A DNA stretch of 24,000 bases from Ignavibacteriales bacterium (GCA_015709675.1 CP054182.1:637448-661447); one strand, 5' to 3'. Positions 8,445-17,096 are shown, counted from the stretch's first letter. Translations and numbers: made by a program. Notes: generated by a model not told the origin, from the letters alone.

Positions 8445-8481
8445 CGGCAATCTTTGTTAAAAAGGTTGCCGTTTTTGTTTT
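8445..8481 (+). terminator. Rho-independent terminator candidate downstream of the T9SS cargo gene
   Basis: 11-bp stem CGGCAATCTTT / AAAGGTTGCCG with one G-U pair and a 5-nt loop (GTTAA), followed by TTTTTGTTTT. Confidence 0.6.
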
Positions 8482-8487
8482 GTAATG

Positions 8488-8810
8488 CCCTCCCCCTCGA
8501 CTTCGCTCGGGGACCAGCTCGGGGGCCGGTATCAGGTACCAACTCGGGTTGTCACTCCGGTCTCCGTTCCGACTGGTCGGAAGAGGAGACCAGTCACGGC
8601 TTCCCCCTCGACTTCGCTCGGGGAATGGTATCGGGGATTGGATCGGATTCCACTCCCCTCGACTACGCTCGGGGACCAGCCTCAAACACGCTCGGGGACC
8701 GGCTCGGAGACCGGAGACTGACCAAAGGAATGAGTTTTCAAAACCCGGTGTCCGAGCGGAGCCGAGGACACCGGTATTCGGGGATCGACCACGGCTCTGC
8801 TCGGAGACCG
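8488..8810 (-). repeat. Family-1 GC-rich hairpin repeats in inverted orientation
   Basis: CCCTCGACTTCGCTCGGGGACC occurs twice and CCCTCGACTACGCTCGGGGACC once. These are reverse complements of the GGTCCCCGAGCG(A/T)AGTCGAGGG module. There is also a nested hairpin, GGTCTCC-GTT-CCGAC-TG-GTCGG-AAGA-GGAGACC. Confidence 0.85.
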
Positions 8811-8870
8811 TCCTATCTGTTCATCTGACCGAGGATAAATCAGGGTATAAGCACTCGTGCGTAAAAAACG

Positions 8871-8905
8871 AATTCATAACTCATACTTCAAAATTCATAA
8901 TTCAC
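8871..8905. repeat. Degenerate tandem heptamer array (AATTCAT)n abutting a stop codon
   Basis: AATTCAT AACTCAT ACTTCAA AATTCAT AATTCAC. It ends one base before the stop codon (8906..8908) of the DUF1801 gene. Confidence 0.7.
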
Positions 8906-9331
8906 TTACGGCCATTTTTTGGCAGTGATGTAATTGTATGATTTTTTAATCAGTTCGGCGAGCACCTTCCGGTCTATATCATCAAGTGTTTTAATATATA
9001 AACAGGAAACACCGGTTTTGTATTTGCCGAGCTTTTCCATAAGTTCTGCATTCCTCGGAAAGCCGGCCATGATGTAAACTGACAGAGCATCCTTGCGCGG
9101 AGAAAATCCTGCGGCCGGAGCATCCCCCTCGCGTCCGGTTGCGTATTTGTAATGATAGGAACCAAACCCGATAATGGAGGGACCCCACATCACCGGGGGC
9201 TGCCCGGTCGCTTTTTGCATCATTTCAAGCAGTTCGAATGATTCTCTCCTTTTCTTTTCATCGGAGACTTTGTTAATAAATTCAGCCGGACTGGTTTTTT
9301 CCGGTTTGGTTTTATTTTCCGATTTAGCCAT
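8906..9331 (-). CDS. DUF1801 (YdhG-like) domain protein
   Basis: 141-aa ORF. The pattern ...PVMWGPSIIGFGSYHYKYATGREGDAPAAGFSPRKDALSVYIM... is typical of DUF1801 proteins as I recall them. Confidence 0.75.
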   Translation of the reverse strand: MAKSENKTKPEKTSPAEFINKVSDEKKRRESFELLEMMQKATGQPPVMWGPSIIGFGSYHYKYATGREGDAPAAGFSPRKDALSVYIMAGFPRNAELMEKLGKYKTGVSCLYIKTLDDIDRKVLAELIKKSYNYITAKKWP

Positions 9332-9399
9332 AGGCAGAGTTACTCCTCTAAAATTTGCGAAACATAAAAAAGACTTAAAGCTAAATAAGAAGAGGTTGT

Positions 9400-11127
9400 T
9401 CAGGTGACAGGAAGCGTGATAGTAAAGGTGCTTCCTTTACCAAGTTCGCTCTCAGCGCGGATGGTTCCGCCGTTCTTTTCAATGAAATCTTTGCAGAGAA
9501 TCAGTCCCAGACCGGAGCCCCTTTCTCCTTTGGTACCGGCGGTCTTTGGCTTTTCAGCAGGAGAAAAAATCTTTTCAAGGGCAGCTTTATTCATTCCAAC
9601 ACCCTGGTCTGAGATACTAATGGAACAGGTTTTTCCGGGAAGTTCAGTAAGATCAACCGTGATAACCGAACCCTCGCGGGAAAATTTAACTGCGTTCGAG
9701 AGCAGATTGCGCAGGACAGTTTCAATCATATATTTATCGGCGGTAACCAGCACTGTATGGCTTACGTTATTCCGGATGACGATGCCCTTGCTCTTTGCAA
9801 TCTGATTTAGTGAATGAAGCGCGGTAATAAGAGAATCTCTGATCGAAAAGAGTTCCGGATGAAACGAAATCTGATTAGTCTGCTGTCGTGACCAGTCAAG
9901 CAGGTTATCCAGAAGCTGATGGGTATTCACCGAAAGAAGATTAATCTCACTGATAAGCATCTTTTTATACTCATCATCAGTGGTGTCATAGTCCTGCATC
10001 AGGATCTCAGAAAGCCCGATCAGTCCGAAAAATGGATTCTTCAGGTCATGGGCGATAATGGAAAAGAGCCGGTCCTTTGACTGGTTCAGCTCGTTCAGTT
10101 TCTGCTCGGTTTCCTTAAGCCGTGTTACATCATGGAGCGTGAGTATATATCCGGACTGTTTCATCCCCTCGGAAAGCCGTGCCGACGCGATCTGATATAT
10201 ATTACCATGTTTCTCCGTCTGGAAGATTTTCCCGTTAAGCAGTTCATCAGCGTTTATCTCAGTTTCATTCAGAAGCTGCTCAACCGGAGTACCGGTGCGT
10301 GAAGCAAGGGGGAAGACCTGAAGCGCGGAGTTATTGCAGTCCACCACACGCCGGCTTGCATCAGCAACAATGATTCCGGCTTCAAGGGACTCAAACACAC
10401 GGTCGCGGGCTGCGGGCACGATATCAAACAGGCGGTATTTCTGCACGGCAAAACCCATTACAACAGCGCTATAGGTAAAGGCGATGTTGGTGAAATCCAG
10501 CCGCATAAAACTGTTCATCCCCGCCACATAGATAACGCTTACAATAACGGGGACAAGAAATCCGCCCAGCAGAAGACCAGCCTGTCCGCGGAACATCACG
10601 CTCTGGTTTTTCACAAAATAAATAAGATAAACCGCGCTAGCAAACAGGATCAGGTAAGAGTAATAGACATGAACATAAAACCAGGGGCCCCAGTCCTTGG
10701 TAATCAGAAGAAAAGAGCCCGATTCAATAAGGCGCGTATTCCGGTAAAGAAGCTCGTGGGATTCCATCGCAAGCGCAAAGATCATCGTAAGGAAAGGGAT
10801 GATGCACAGCAAAACAGCAACCGGATAAAATGATTTCCGCCGGAAGTTGGTATAATCCAGTACGGCCAGAAACCAGAATACACCGGTAAAAGGAATACCC
10901 AGGAAATATTGAATCTTTACGCCGGTCATCTTGAAGGAGAGAGTCTCGGCCGCTATTTCTATAAAATAACCGATGTTCCAGAAGAGCGCTGAAATTTCCG
11001 ATAAGGAAAGAAAAAGAGCACCCGGCACACTTCTTTTGGTAAAGAAATACACCGCTGCCCAAAAAGCAAAAAGCGAAGAGAGCGCAATTAACAGGAGAAA
11101 AAGTGTAACCTCAGAAATATCCGGCAC
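9400..11127 (-). CDS. Sensor histidine kinase (N-terminal multi-TM sensor, PAS-like linker, HisKA + HATPase_c)
   Basis: 575-aa ORF. The first 220 aa or so hold about seven hydrophobic helices. H-box FSIIAHDLKNP, N-box LLSNAVKF, G1 DQGVGM, G2 GSGLGL. No response regulator is adjacent. Confidence 0.9.
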   Translation of the reverse strand: MPDISEVTLFLLLIALSSLFAFWAAVYFFTKRSVPGALFLSLSEISALFWNIGYFIEIAAETLSFKMTGVKIQYFLGIPFTGVFWFLAVLDYTNFRRKSFYPVAVLLCIIPFLTMIFALAMESHELLYRNTRLIESGSFLLITKDWGPWFYVHVYYSYLILFASAVYLIYFVKNQSVMFRGQAGLLLGGFLVPVIVSVIYVAGMNSFMRLDFTNIAFTYSAVVMGFAVQKYRLFDIVPAARDRVFESLEAGIIVADASRRVVDCNNSALQVFPLASRTGTPVEQLLNETEINADELLNGKIFQTEKHGNIYQIASARLSEGMKQSGYILTLHDVTRLKETEQKLNELNQSKDRLFSIIAHDLKNPFFGLIGLSEILMQDYDTTDDEYKKMLISEINLLSVNTHQLLDNLLDWSRQQTNQISFHPELFSIRDSLITALHSLNQIAKSKGIVIRNNVSHTVLVTADKYMIETVLRNLLSNAVKFSREGSVITVDLTELPGKTCSISISDQGVGMNKAALEKIFSPAEKPKTAGTKGERGSGLGLILCKDFIEKNGGTIRAESELGKGSTFTITLPVT

Positions 11128-11271
11128 TCACATCTGGTTAAAAAGAAATACAGCTAAAACTTTATTATGTTAATATAATTCAATTCGGCGGAATTTGAAG
11201 AGAGCGAAATCATAACACCGGGAATCCGGTATGAGGAAAATCCGGTACAATAAAACAGAATCAAAAAACCT

Positions 11272-12081
11272 ATGGAAAAAGAGATAGCCATCATTGATGC
11301 GTTTACGAGTGAACCATTCAGCGGAAATCCGGCTGCGGTCTGCCTGAGTTCATCCCCCCTGAACGATGATGAGATGCAGAAGATAGCGGCGGAGTTTAAT
11401 CTTTCTGAAACCGCATTTCTGGTAAAACGGGAGGGGCATGAAAATATTTACAGCATCAGATACTTTACCCCAACTACCGAGATTAAATTCTGCGGACACG
11501 CCACACTCGGCTCATTCCGATTTATCTTCAGCAAAAGCAGTATCTCTGAAGCTGCATTTTTAACCGCTCACGGACTCCGCCTTACCGGAAAGAAACAGGG
11601 AGATGAAATTCAGATGGAATTCCCTCTTTACGAGACAGAGCTTGCAGCGGTACCGGAGGGAATGAAGGAAGCACTGGGCATCAGCCGGATAAACGAATGC
11701 GGCTTTTGCCGGGAAACCGGAATGCTCCTGATAGAGATAAGCAATCCGCTTGAACTGAGACAGCTAAGCCCCGACCCCCGAAGCCTAAAAGCCACAACAG
11801 AAAAATGTAACTCGGTGATAGTAACCAGTCTCTCTGATAAAAAGGAGTATGATTTTCTCTCCCGCTGCTTTGCTCCGTGGGTGGGGATAGATGAGGATCC
11901 GGTCACCGGTTCGGCTCACTCGGTACTGGCGAAGTGGTGGTCAGACCGGCTGGGAAAGGAAGAGCTCCGCGCGTACCAGGCCAGCCGCCGGGGCGGAGAG
12001 ATGAAACTCCGGATAACCGGAACCGGCAGCCTGGAAGTAACCGCCAGTGCAGTGGTGGTGGTTGAGGGGAAGATGAGATAA
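11272..12081 (+). CDS. PhzF-family isomerase/epimerase-fold protein
   Basis: 269-aa ORF with PhzF-family signatures: DAFTSEPFSGNPAAV, LSETAF, YFTPTTEIKFCGHATL, DEDPVTGSAH. Confidence 0.9.
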   Translation: MEKEIAIIDAFTSEPFSGNPAAVCLSSSPLNDDEMQKIAAEFNLSETAFLVKREGHENIYSIRYFTPTTEIKFCGHATLGSFRFIFSKSSISEAAFLTAHGLRLTGKKQGDEIQMEFPLYETELAAVPEGMKEALGISRINECGFCRETGMLLIEISNPLELRQLSPDPRSLKATTEKCNSVIVTSLSDKKEYDFLSRCFAPWVGIDEDPVTGSAHSVLAKWWSDRLGKEELRAYQASRRGGEMKLRITGTGSLEVTASAVVVVEGKMR

Positions 12082-12447
12082 TAGGTGATTTCCTTTTGCG
12101 GCTTATTGCAGAAGGAAAACGAAGAATTTTAACACGAAGTAGCGAAGGGTGAAGAATTATAAAAAATGGTTCTCATGCGGTTCTGATCCCCTGAAAGTTC
12201 GGGGGTAACAAGATGAAAACTGTGGCAGAGAGTCGCGGAATCTTCGGGAGAAAACAACCTTCTGTCTGAGAATACGATACACATCACTGTTAGTTGGAAC
12301 AAAAACTGCAACTCAGGGTAGCAGTTTTGCTTTTGCAGATTTTTTAATTTTATTGATTAAGATTGACGAGAGCATCATTTGTAAGAAGGAAATAATATTC
12401 TGGAAAAAGAGTATAGATATTTGATTTAAAATACGTACCGAACGGAT

Positions 12448-12879
12448 ATGGATGTTTTAACAAAGGAACAAAGAAGAAAAAACATGCAGGCAATCAGGGG
12501 AACCGGCACAAAACAGGAAGGAAGACTTGCAAAAGCCCTGTGGAACCGGGGATATCGTTATAGAAAGAATGACAAAACGGTTTTTGGGAAACCGGACCTG
12601 ACCTTTAAGCGGTGGAAAATTGCTATATTTGTTGATAGTGAATTCTTTCATGGCTGGAAATGGGATAGCGAAAAATATCGAATTAAAACCAACAGAGATT
12701 TCTGGTGGAAGAAGATTGAAAACAACATCAAAAGAGACAAACAGGTAAACAGATTTTTAAGATACCGGGGATGGAAAGTGATTCGTTTCTGGACAAAGAA
12801 AGTCGAAAAAAATCTCGAATTTTGTGTACATAAAACCGTTAAGATAATTGAAGAAAACAGTCCAAAAAAAATACAGTAA
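12448..12879 (+). CDS. vsr: Very-short-patch-repair (Vsr) endonuclease homologue lacking the usual zinc ligands
   Basis: 143-aa ORF collinear with E. coli Vsr: N-terminal (K/R)xxNMxAI(R/K)GxxTKxE, the catalytic-Asp context GKPDLTF, then [10 protein letters not shown] and GWKVIRFW. Positions equivalent to E. coli C66/H71/C73/C117 are not Cys/His here. Confidence 0.85.
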   Translation: MDVLTKEQRRKNMQAIRGTGTKQEGRLAKALWNRGYRYRKNDKTVFGKPDLTFKRWKIAIFVDSEFFHGWKWDSEKYRIKTNRDFWWKKIENNIKRDKQVNRFLRYRGWKVIRFWTKKVEKNLEFCVHKTVKIIEENSPKKIQ

Positions 12880-14089
12880 GGTAAAAGAAAAACTTAAACT
12901 GGAAGTTGATCGAAAAACAACAAATGAACAGGCGTGTTTAACACATTATTTGCAAAATGCCGATACGGGCTGTTCTGAAGTATATAGAAAACCAGCTTTT
13001 AGTTACCTTAAAGCTTTACATGAGGAACTGGAATTTGTTGAAGATCCTGATTTTCAATATTACCTTCCTATAAAATGGGATATACCCTTTCCTCCGGTTA
13101 CAGAGGCAAAATTTACCTGCGTTGATCTTTTTGCAGGCATAGGCGGGACACGGCTCGCTTTTCAGAACCTGGGGGGTAAATGTGTTTTCTCCTCTGAATG
13201 GGATGGATTCGCTAAAAAAACCTATGAAGCAAATTTTGGGGAAATACCTTTTGGCGATATTACTGAAATAGAGGCTGATGAAATACCCGATCATGATATA
13301 CTGCTTGCCGGTTTTCCCTGTCAGCCGTTTTCTATTGCGGGAGTAAGCAAGAAGAATTCTCTGGGAAGAAAACACGGATTTCTGGATGAAACACAGGGAA
13401 CACTTTTTTTTGATATAGCCAGAATACTTAAATCCAAGAGACCAAAGACGTTTTTACTGGAGAATGTTAAAAATCTGGTTTCTCACGATAAGGGAAAAAC
13501 TTTCTTTATAATTTCTGAAACACTTAAAGAACTTAATTACACCATTTATTACAAAGTATTAGACAGTAAATATTTTGTTCCGCAGCACAGGGAAAGAATT
13601 CTTATAATAGGATTCGACAATACAGTTTTTAAGGGAAGACAAAAATTCAGATTTCCCGAACTGGAAGACCCGGGATTAAAAATCAGAGATATTCTGGAGC
13701 CGGACCCCGATCCAAAATATACATTGACGGATAATCTGTGGAATTATTTGCAGGAGTATGCAAAGAAACACAAAGAAAAAGGTAATGGTTTTGGTTTTGG
13801 GTTAACGGATTTAAATGGAATATCCAGAACTTTAAGTGCGCGATATTATAAAGACGGATCCGAAATACTTATACCGCAAAGAAACAAAAATCCAAGAAGG
13901 CTAACACCAAGAGAATGTGCAAGACTTCAGGGTTTTCCTGATAAATTTGTAATTCCTGTTTCTGATAATCAGGCATACAGACAATTTGGAAATTCTGTTA
14001 CCGTACCTCTGATACAATCGGTTGGAAAAAATCTTATTAAGGAACTTCGGTTAATTCATGAATCTGGAAAATCTGCTATCGCTGTTTAG
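12848..14089 (+). CDS. dcm: DNA (cytosine-5)-methyltransferase, Dcm/M.EcoRII-like, probably CCWGG-specific
   Basis: 413-aa ORF. Motif I is [10 protein letters not shown] is [10 protein letters not shown] is LLENV, VIII is [13 protein letters not shown] is [16 protein letters not shown] is GNSV. The variable region ([48 protein letters not shown]) is near-collinear with E. coli Dcm as I recall it. The start is an in-frame TTG at 12848, which is uncertain; no ATG occurs before motif I. Confidence 0.93.
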   Translation: MKKTVQKKYSKVKEKLKLEVDRKTTNEQACLTHYLQNADTGCSEVYRKPAFSYLKALHEELEFVEDPDFQYYLPIKWDIPFPPVTEAKFTCVDLFAGIGGTRLAFQNLGGKCVFSSEWDGFAKKTYEANFGEIPFGDITEIEADEIPDHDILLAGFPCQPFSIAGVSKKNSLGRKHGFLDETQGTLFFDIARILKSKRPKTFLLENVKNLVSHDKGKTFFIISETLKELNYTIYYKVLDSKYFVPQHRERILIIGFDNTVFKGRQKFRFPELEDPGLKIRDILEPDPDPKYTLTDNLWNYLQEYAKKHKEKGNGFGFGLTDLNGISRTLSARYYKDGSEILIPQRNKNPRRLTPRECARLQGFPDKFVIPVSDNQAYRQFGNSVTVPLIQSVGKNLIKELRLIHESGKSAIAV

Positions 14090-15359
14090 AGACAAAGGCT
14101 GCTCCAAGGTCTATGTAAAAGAACTCAGCCCCAATGATAATTCAAAGAACCAGGTGTATCTGGGTGGAAGTTATGATGTTCTGAATATTCTGCCGTTCAA
14201 TGAGATAAAAGCAGAAGGAATTGGGGACTGGAAAAGGGAGAGATTTAAGGCGACTGTTAATTTCGGTTGGATAGGTGAGGATGGAAACATTTTTAATGCA
14301 CCATTTGCTCAATTAATTCTGTACCCTAAATATCCCGAAGTGCGTTTTTCCGGATTTCTTAAAAAATGCGATAACCCTCCATCGGAAATTATGTCTGGTA
14401 GAGAAGCCGGAAGGCTTTTGTTTTTGGGCGTGGCTGATGGAGGAAAGTTACTCGGAAAAGCTGTTTTTCCGGATTCAGAAGTGGCTCAGGAGTTTGTAAA
14501 CTACTCCCCAAAAGAGGAAACCGGCTTATTTAAAGTTCTGTATACGAAGCGCATCGAAGATCATCGGGCGCAGCTTTTGACCGAACTGAGAAGAATTACT
14601 TCGCTTGGATGGATCGATTCGAAACGATTAGACAGGACAGGGAATATATTACCATGCAACAGTTCGAACTGCGGAGGATATACACTTGAAGCAGAACTTG
14701 GAATAACACCAAATGGTTATTCTGAACCCGATTACCTGGGGTGGGAAATAAAGCAGTTTGGAGTCAAAGATCTTAACAAAACCTCATCAGCCGTGGTAAC
14801 TCTGATGACCCCGGAGCCGGATTCAGGATACTATCATGAGTACGGAGCATCGGATTTTGTCAGAAAGTATGGATATTCGGACCTGAGAGGCAGAATTGAC
14901 AGATTGAATTTCGGAGGAATATTCAAAGCCGGTCTTACAAACGTCAGGACCGGACTTAAACTTGAAATTTCAGGATTTGATAAAACAGAAAAACAAATTA
15001 CCAGTACCGGTGGAAAAATTATATTACTGGATAATCAGGAAAATGAAGCCGCTGCATGGACCTTCTCGTCTGTTATATCACACTGGAAAAGAAAGCATAC
15101 CAACGCATGTTATATACCATCGCTTCTGAAACAAAATGGTTCACGAAAGTATAAATACGGCAACAACATATTATTGGGGCTTGGAACTGATTTTGTCCTG
15201 TTTTTAGCTCAGCTAAGCCTTGGCAATATTTATTATGATCCAGGCATAAAAATTGAAAACGCATCAACAAATCCCAGAACAAAACAAAGAAGTCAGTTTA
15301 GGATAAAATCCCGGTTTTTATCAGAACTTTACAGGAACAGTGAATGGGTTACACTTTAG
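14058..15359 (+). CDS. Type II restriction endonuclease: N-terminal EcoRII-N/B3-like domain fused to an MvaI/BcnI-like PD-(D/E)xK domain
   Basis: 433-aa ORF whose ATG overlaps the end of dcm by 32 nt. The N-terminus ([21 protein letters not shown] ... EVRFSGF ... GRLLFLGV) parallels EcoRII (FVYIKRLSANDTGATGGHQVGLY ... KRITRW ... GALTLLAF). The C-terminal half has [10 protein letters not shown] (P224-D225-x4-E230-I231-K232), the same spacing as MvaI APDFHDIEIK. Its tail (AWTFSSV...RKYKYGNN...[12 protein letters not shown]...[13 protein letters not shown]) parallels the MvaI C-terminus. Confidence 0.7.
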   Translation: MNLENLLSLFRDKGCSKVYVKELSPNDNSKNQVYLGGSYDVLNILPFNEIKAEGIGDWKRERFKATVNFGWIGEDGNIFNAPFAQLILYPKYPEVRFSGFLKKCDNPPSEIMSGREAGRLLFLGVADGGKLLGKAVFPDSEVAQEFVNYSPKEETGLFKVLYTKRIEDHRAQLLTELRRITSLGWIDSKRLDRTGNILPCNSSNCGGYTLEAELGITPNGYSEPDYLGWEIKQFGVKDLNKTSSAVVTLMTPEPDSGYYHEYGASDFVRKYGYSDLRGRIDRLNFGGIFKAGLTNVRTGLKLEISGFDKTEKQITSTGGKIILLDNQENEAAAWTFSSVISHWKRKHTNACYIPSLLKQNGSRKYKYGNNILLGLGTDFVLFLAQLSLGNIYYDPGIKIENASTNPRTKQRSQFRIKSRFLSELYRNSEWVTL

Positions 15360-15419
15360 TAATGGAAGTCAAAATAAATTATGAGCGTTCTCGCGAGGTT
15401 TGGTCTTTAAATTGCTGTC

Positions 15420-15797
15420 TCACAACGTAAACAGCGTATCCACCGTAGTACTGTCACTCTGCCAAAAACGGAAGGTGTAGCTGCCGGTGGGGAGGTTGGG
15501 GATTGAGATACCGGTCAGATACCTGATGAAGCCCTGAGTGCAGACGGCCCCCTCCGGCTGCTGTCCGTAAACCGTAATGAAGCGGACTGAGTCAGCGCTG
15601 AACATTTCATAATGAGAATATCTTCCGCAGCCGTTAAGCCAGCTCGCCCAGACCCATGCGGTAACAATCGTTCCCGTTCTCGTTACATCCACTATGGAAG
15701 TTACGGGAGATTTGGCTGTAATCATCTTGGGGTTCTCTTCCGGTTCCTGGCAGGAAAGGAAGATTAGGGAGAAAAATAAGATTACCAGGGGTTTCAT
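15420..15797 (-). CDS. Small secreted/lipoprotein-like hypothetical protein
   Basis: The track ORF starts at 15878. I prefer the ATG at 15797: MKPLVILFFSLIFLSC gives a signal peptide ending in Cys. 125 aa, no recognisable domain. Its G+C looks host-like. Confidence 0.55.
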   Translation of the reverse strand: MKPLVILFFSLIFLSCQEPEENPKMITAKSPVTSIVDVTRTGTIVTAWVWASWLNGCGRYSHYEMFSADSVRFITVYGQQPEGAVCTQGFIRYLTGISIPNLPTGSYTFRFWQSDSTTVDTLFTL

Positions 15798-15936
15798 AAC
15801 AATTGTTTTTTGTTTACTGTATAAAATAAGTATAAAAAACAAGAATGTAAAGATTTTTGCAAATGAGGCGATTTTCAATTGGCACTAAAAACACTGTCAC
15901 CTCCTCAAGGTTTGGGGTAGGTCGGCGGATTGAATG

Positions 15937-16325
15937 GTTTCTGTTTTTCTCAAGGGGGGTACCGCTTTGTATTCTGGTCTCAAAAAAGTGTAAAAAGTTT
16001 GATGATGTATTGTTTGTGAATGCAGTTGATCACTTTAACAGCGGCAAACGCCAAAACAACTTAGCCCCCGAGCACACTGACAAAAAGTAGAAACTTACAA
16101 AACCGCAAAGAAGAAAACCGATTCTCCCGCAGAGTATCAATGGCGGAAATTGAGAAAAACGAATATAATCTTAACATCTCTAGATATGAAAGCACATCAT
16201 TAGACGAAGAAATTATTGATTTAAAAGAAGATAATAAGAAGCTGGTAGGGCCTGAAAAAGAAATCGCCCAAGCCCGCGCAACTCACAACCAATTCCTTAA
16301 AGAGCTGGGTCTGCCGGAGATATAG
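15937..16325 (+). pseudogene. hsdM: 3' relic of a type I restriction-modification methylase gene (hsdM), truncated and frameshifted
   Basis: Three reading frames together reconstruct a typical HsdM C-terminus. Frame A gives LFFSRGVPLCILVSKKCKKFDDVLFVNAVDHFNSGKRQNNLAPEHTDKK then a stop at 16088. Frame B gives VETYKTAKK. Frame C gives ENRFSRRVSMAEIEKNEYNLNISRYESTSLDEEIIDL...HNQFLKELGLPEI then a stop at 16325. No catalytic N-terminal part and no hsdS or hsdR are present. Confidence 0.75.
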
Positions 16326-16399
16326 GGGAGTACAAAAGCTCAAAATGTTTATGGCAAGAATATCTAATATCCCCAAGAATATATAAATTATTACTTTAT

Positions 16400-16987
16400 T
16401 TACTCGTTACCAATATCTTTTCGCATTTGCAATTCTAACTTTCTTCTTATGTTATTTAATTCCATAAGATTGTCGGTATAACTTTGAAGAACTGACATAT
16501 CAAAATTGCCTGGAACAGAAGTTGTATGCATAAAAATATTTTTAGCATTCGCTTCCAAAAATTCTTTTGACTTATTTTGATAATCATCCAGAATGGATAA
16601 TATTTCCAAACTGCCAACAAGCCGTAATTCATTTAATTCATCTAAATATTTGTTATATTTTCTCATCCATTCGAAAAGTATTTCTGCTTGAAATTGCATA
16701 ACATTATAATATCCAGAAAGGTTATATGGATTTATTTTGACCTCTTCAAAGAGCGCAAATATCTTTTTCATGGACTCTTCTCCATATTGTTTGTTGTACA
16801 ACTCTGAATTCATCAAGTCAAGATTAGACAAGAAACTTCTATAAATAATAAATCTTTTATCTCTAATCGAAGCGAGATTTTCATACTCCTTTCTTTTATT
16901 TATCTCGTATCGAATCTTGATTAAAGAATAAATTGCACCTAGAATAAAAAGAACATAACCGGTATATTTAATTAAAAATTCACTCAT
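16400..16987 (-). CDS. Hypothetical membrane-anchored helical protein (third gene of the AT-rich cassette)
   Basis: 195-aa ORF with one N-terminal hydrophobic helix (YTGYVLFILGAIYSLIKI). The remainder is rich in K/E/L/N and looks helical. No recognisable family. Confidence 0.6.
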   Translation of the reverse strand: MSEFLIKYTGYVLFILGAIYSLIKIRYEINKRKEYENLASIRDKRFIIYRSFLSNLDLMNSELYNKQYGEESMKKIFALFEEVKINPYNLSGYYNVMQFQAEILFEWMRKYNKYLDELNELRLVGSLEILSILDDYQNKSKEFLEANAKNIFMHTTSVPGNFDMSVLQSYTDNLMELNNIRRKLELQMRKDIGNE

Positions 16988-17096
16988 TATTTAAAGTACA
17001 GCTCTTATTAAGAAACACTTCACAAGAAAAGAATACCAGCCGTTGAAATGTTAAGGGATGAAACAAATTTCGGCTCACACAAAAAGAACTGTCGTC

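Noticed and set aside
8406-8941. Four overlapping track ORFs (8406..8828, 8437..8685, 8485..8721, 8549..8941)
   Set aside because: All are mutually overlapping readings of the inverted family-1 repeat field. Their repeat-derived peptide motifs (PLDFARGP, ERSRG) indicate non-coding repeats.
12129-12311. 60-aa ORF on the minus strand in the phzF-vsr intergenic region
   Set aside because: Short, with no recognisable motif or initiation context. The region more likely holds promoter or terminator signals. An AAAACTGC...GCAGTTTT hairpin at 12302..12328 is too weak to call.
16140-16325. Independent 61-aa gene
   Set aside because: Its sequence (AEIEKNEYNLNISRYE...FLKELGLPEI) is the canonical extreme C-terminus of type I HsdM. 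The homology continues upstream in other frames. It is therefore part of a pseudogene.
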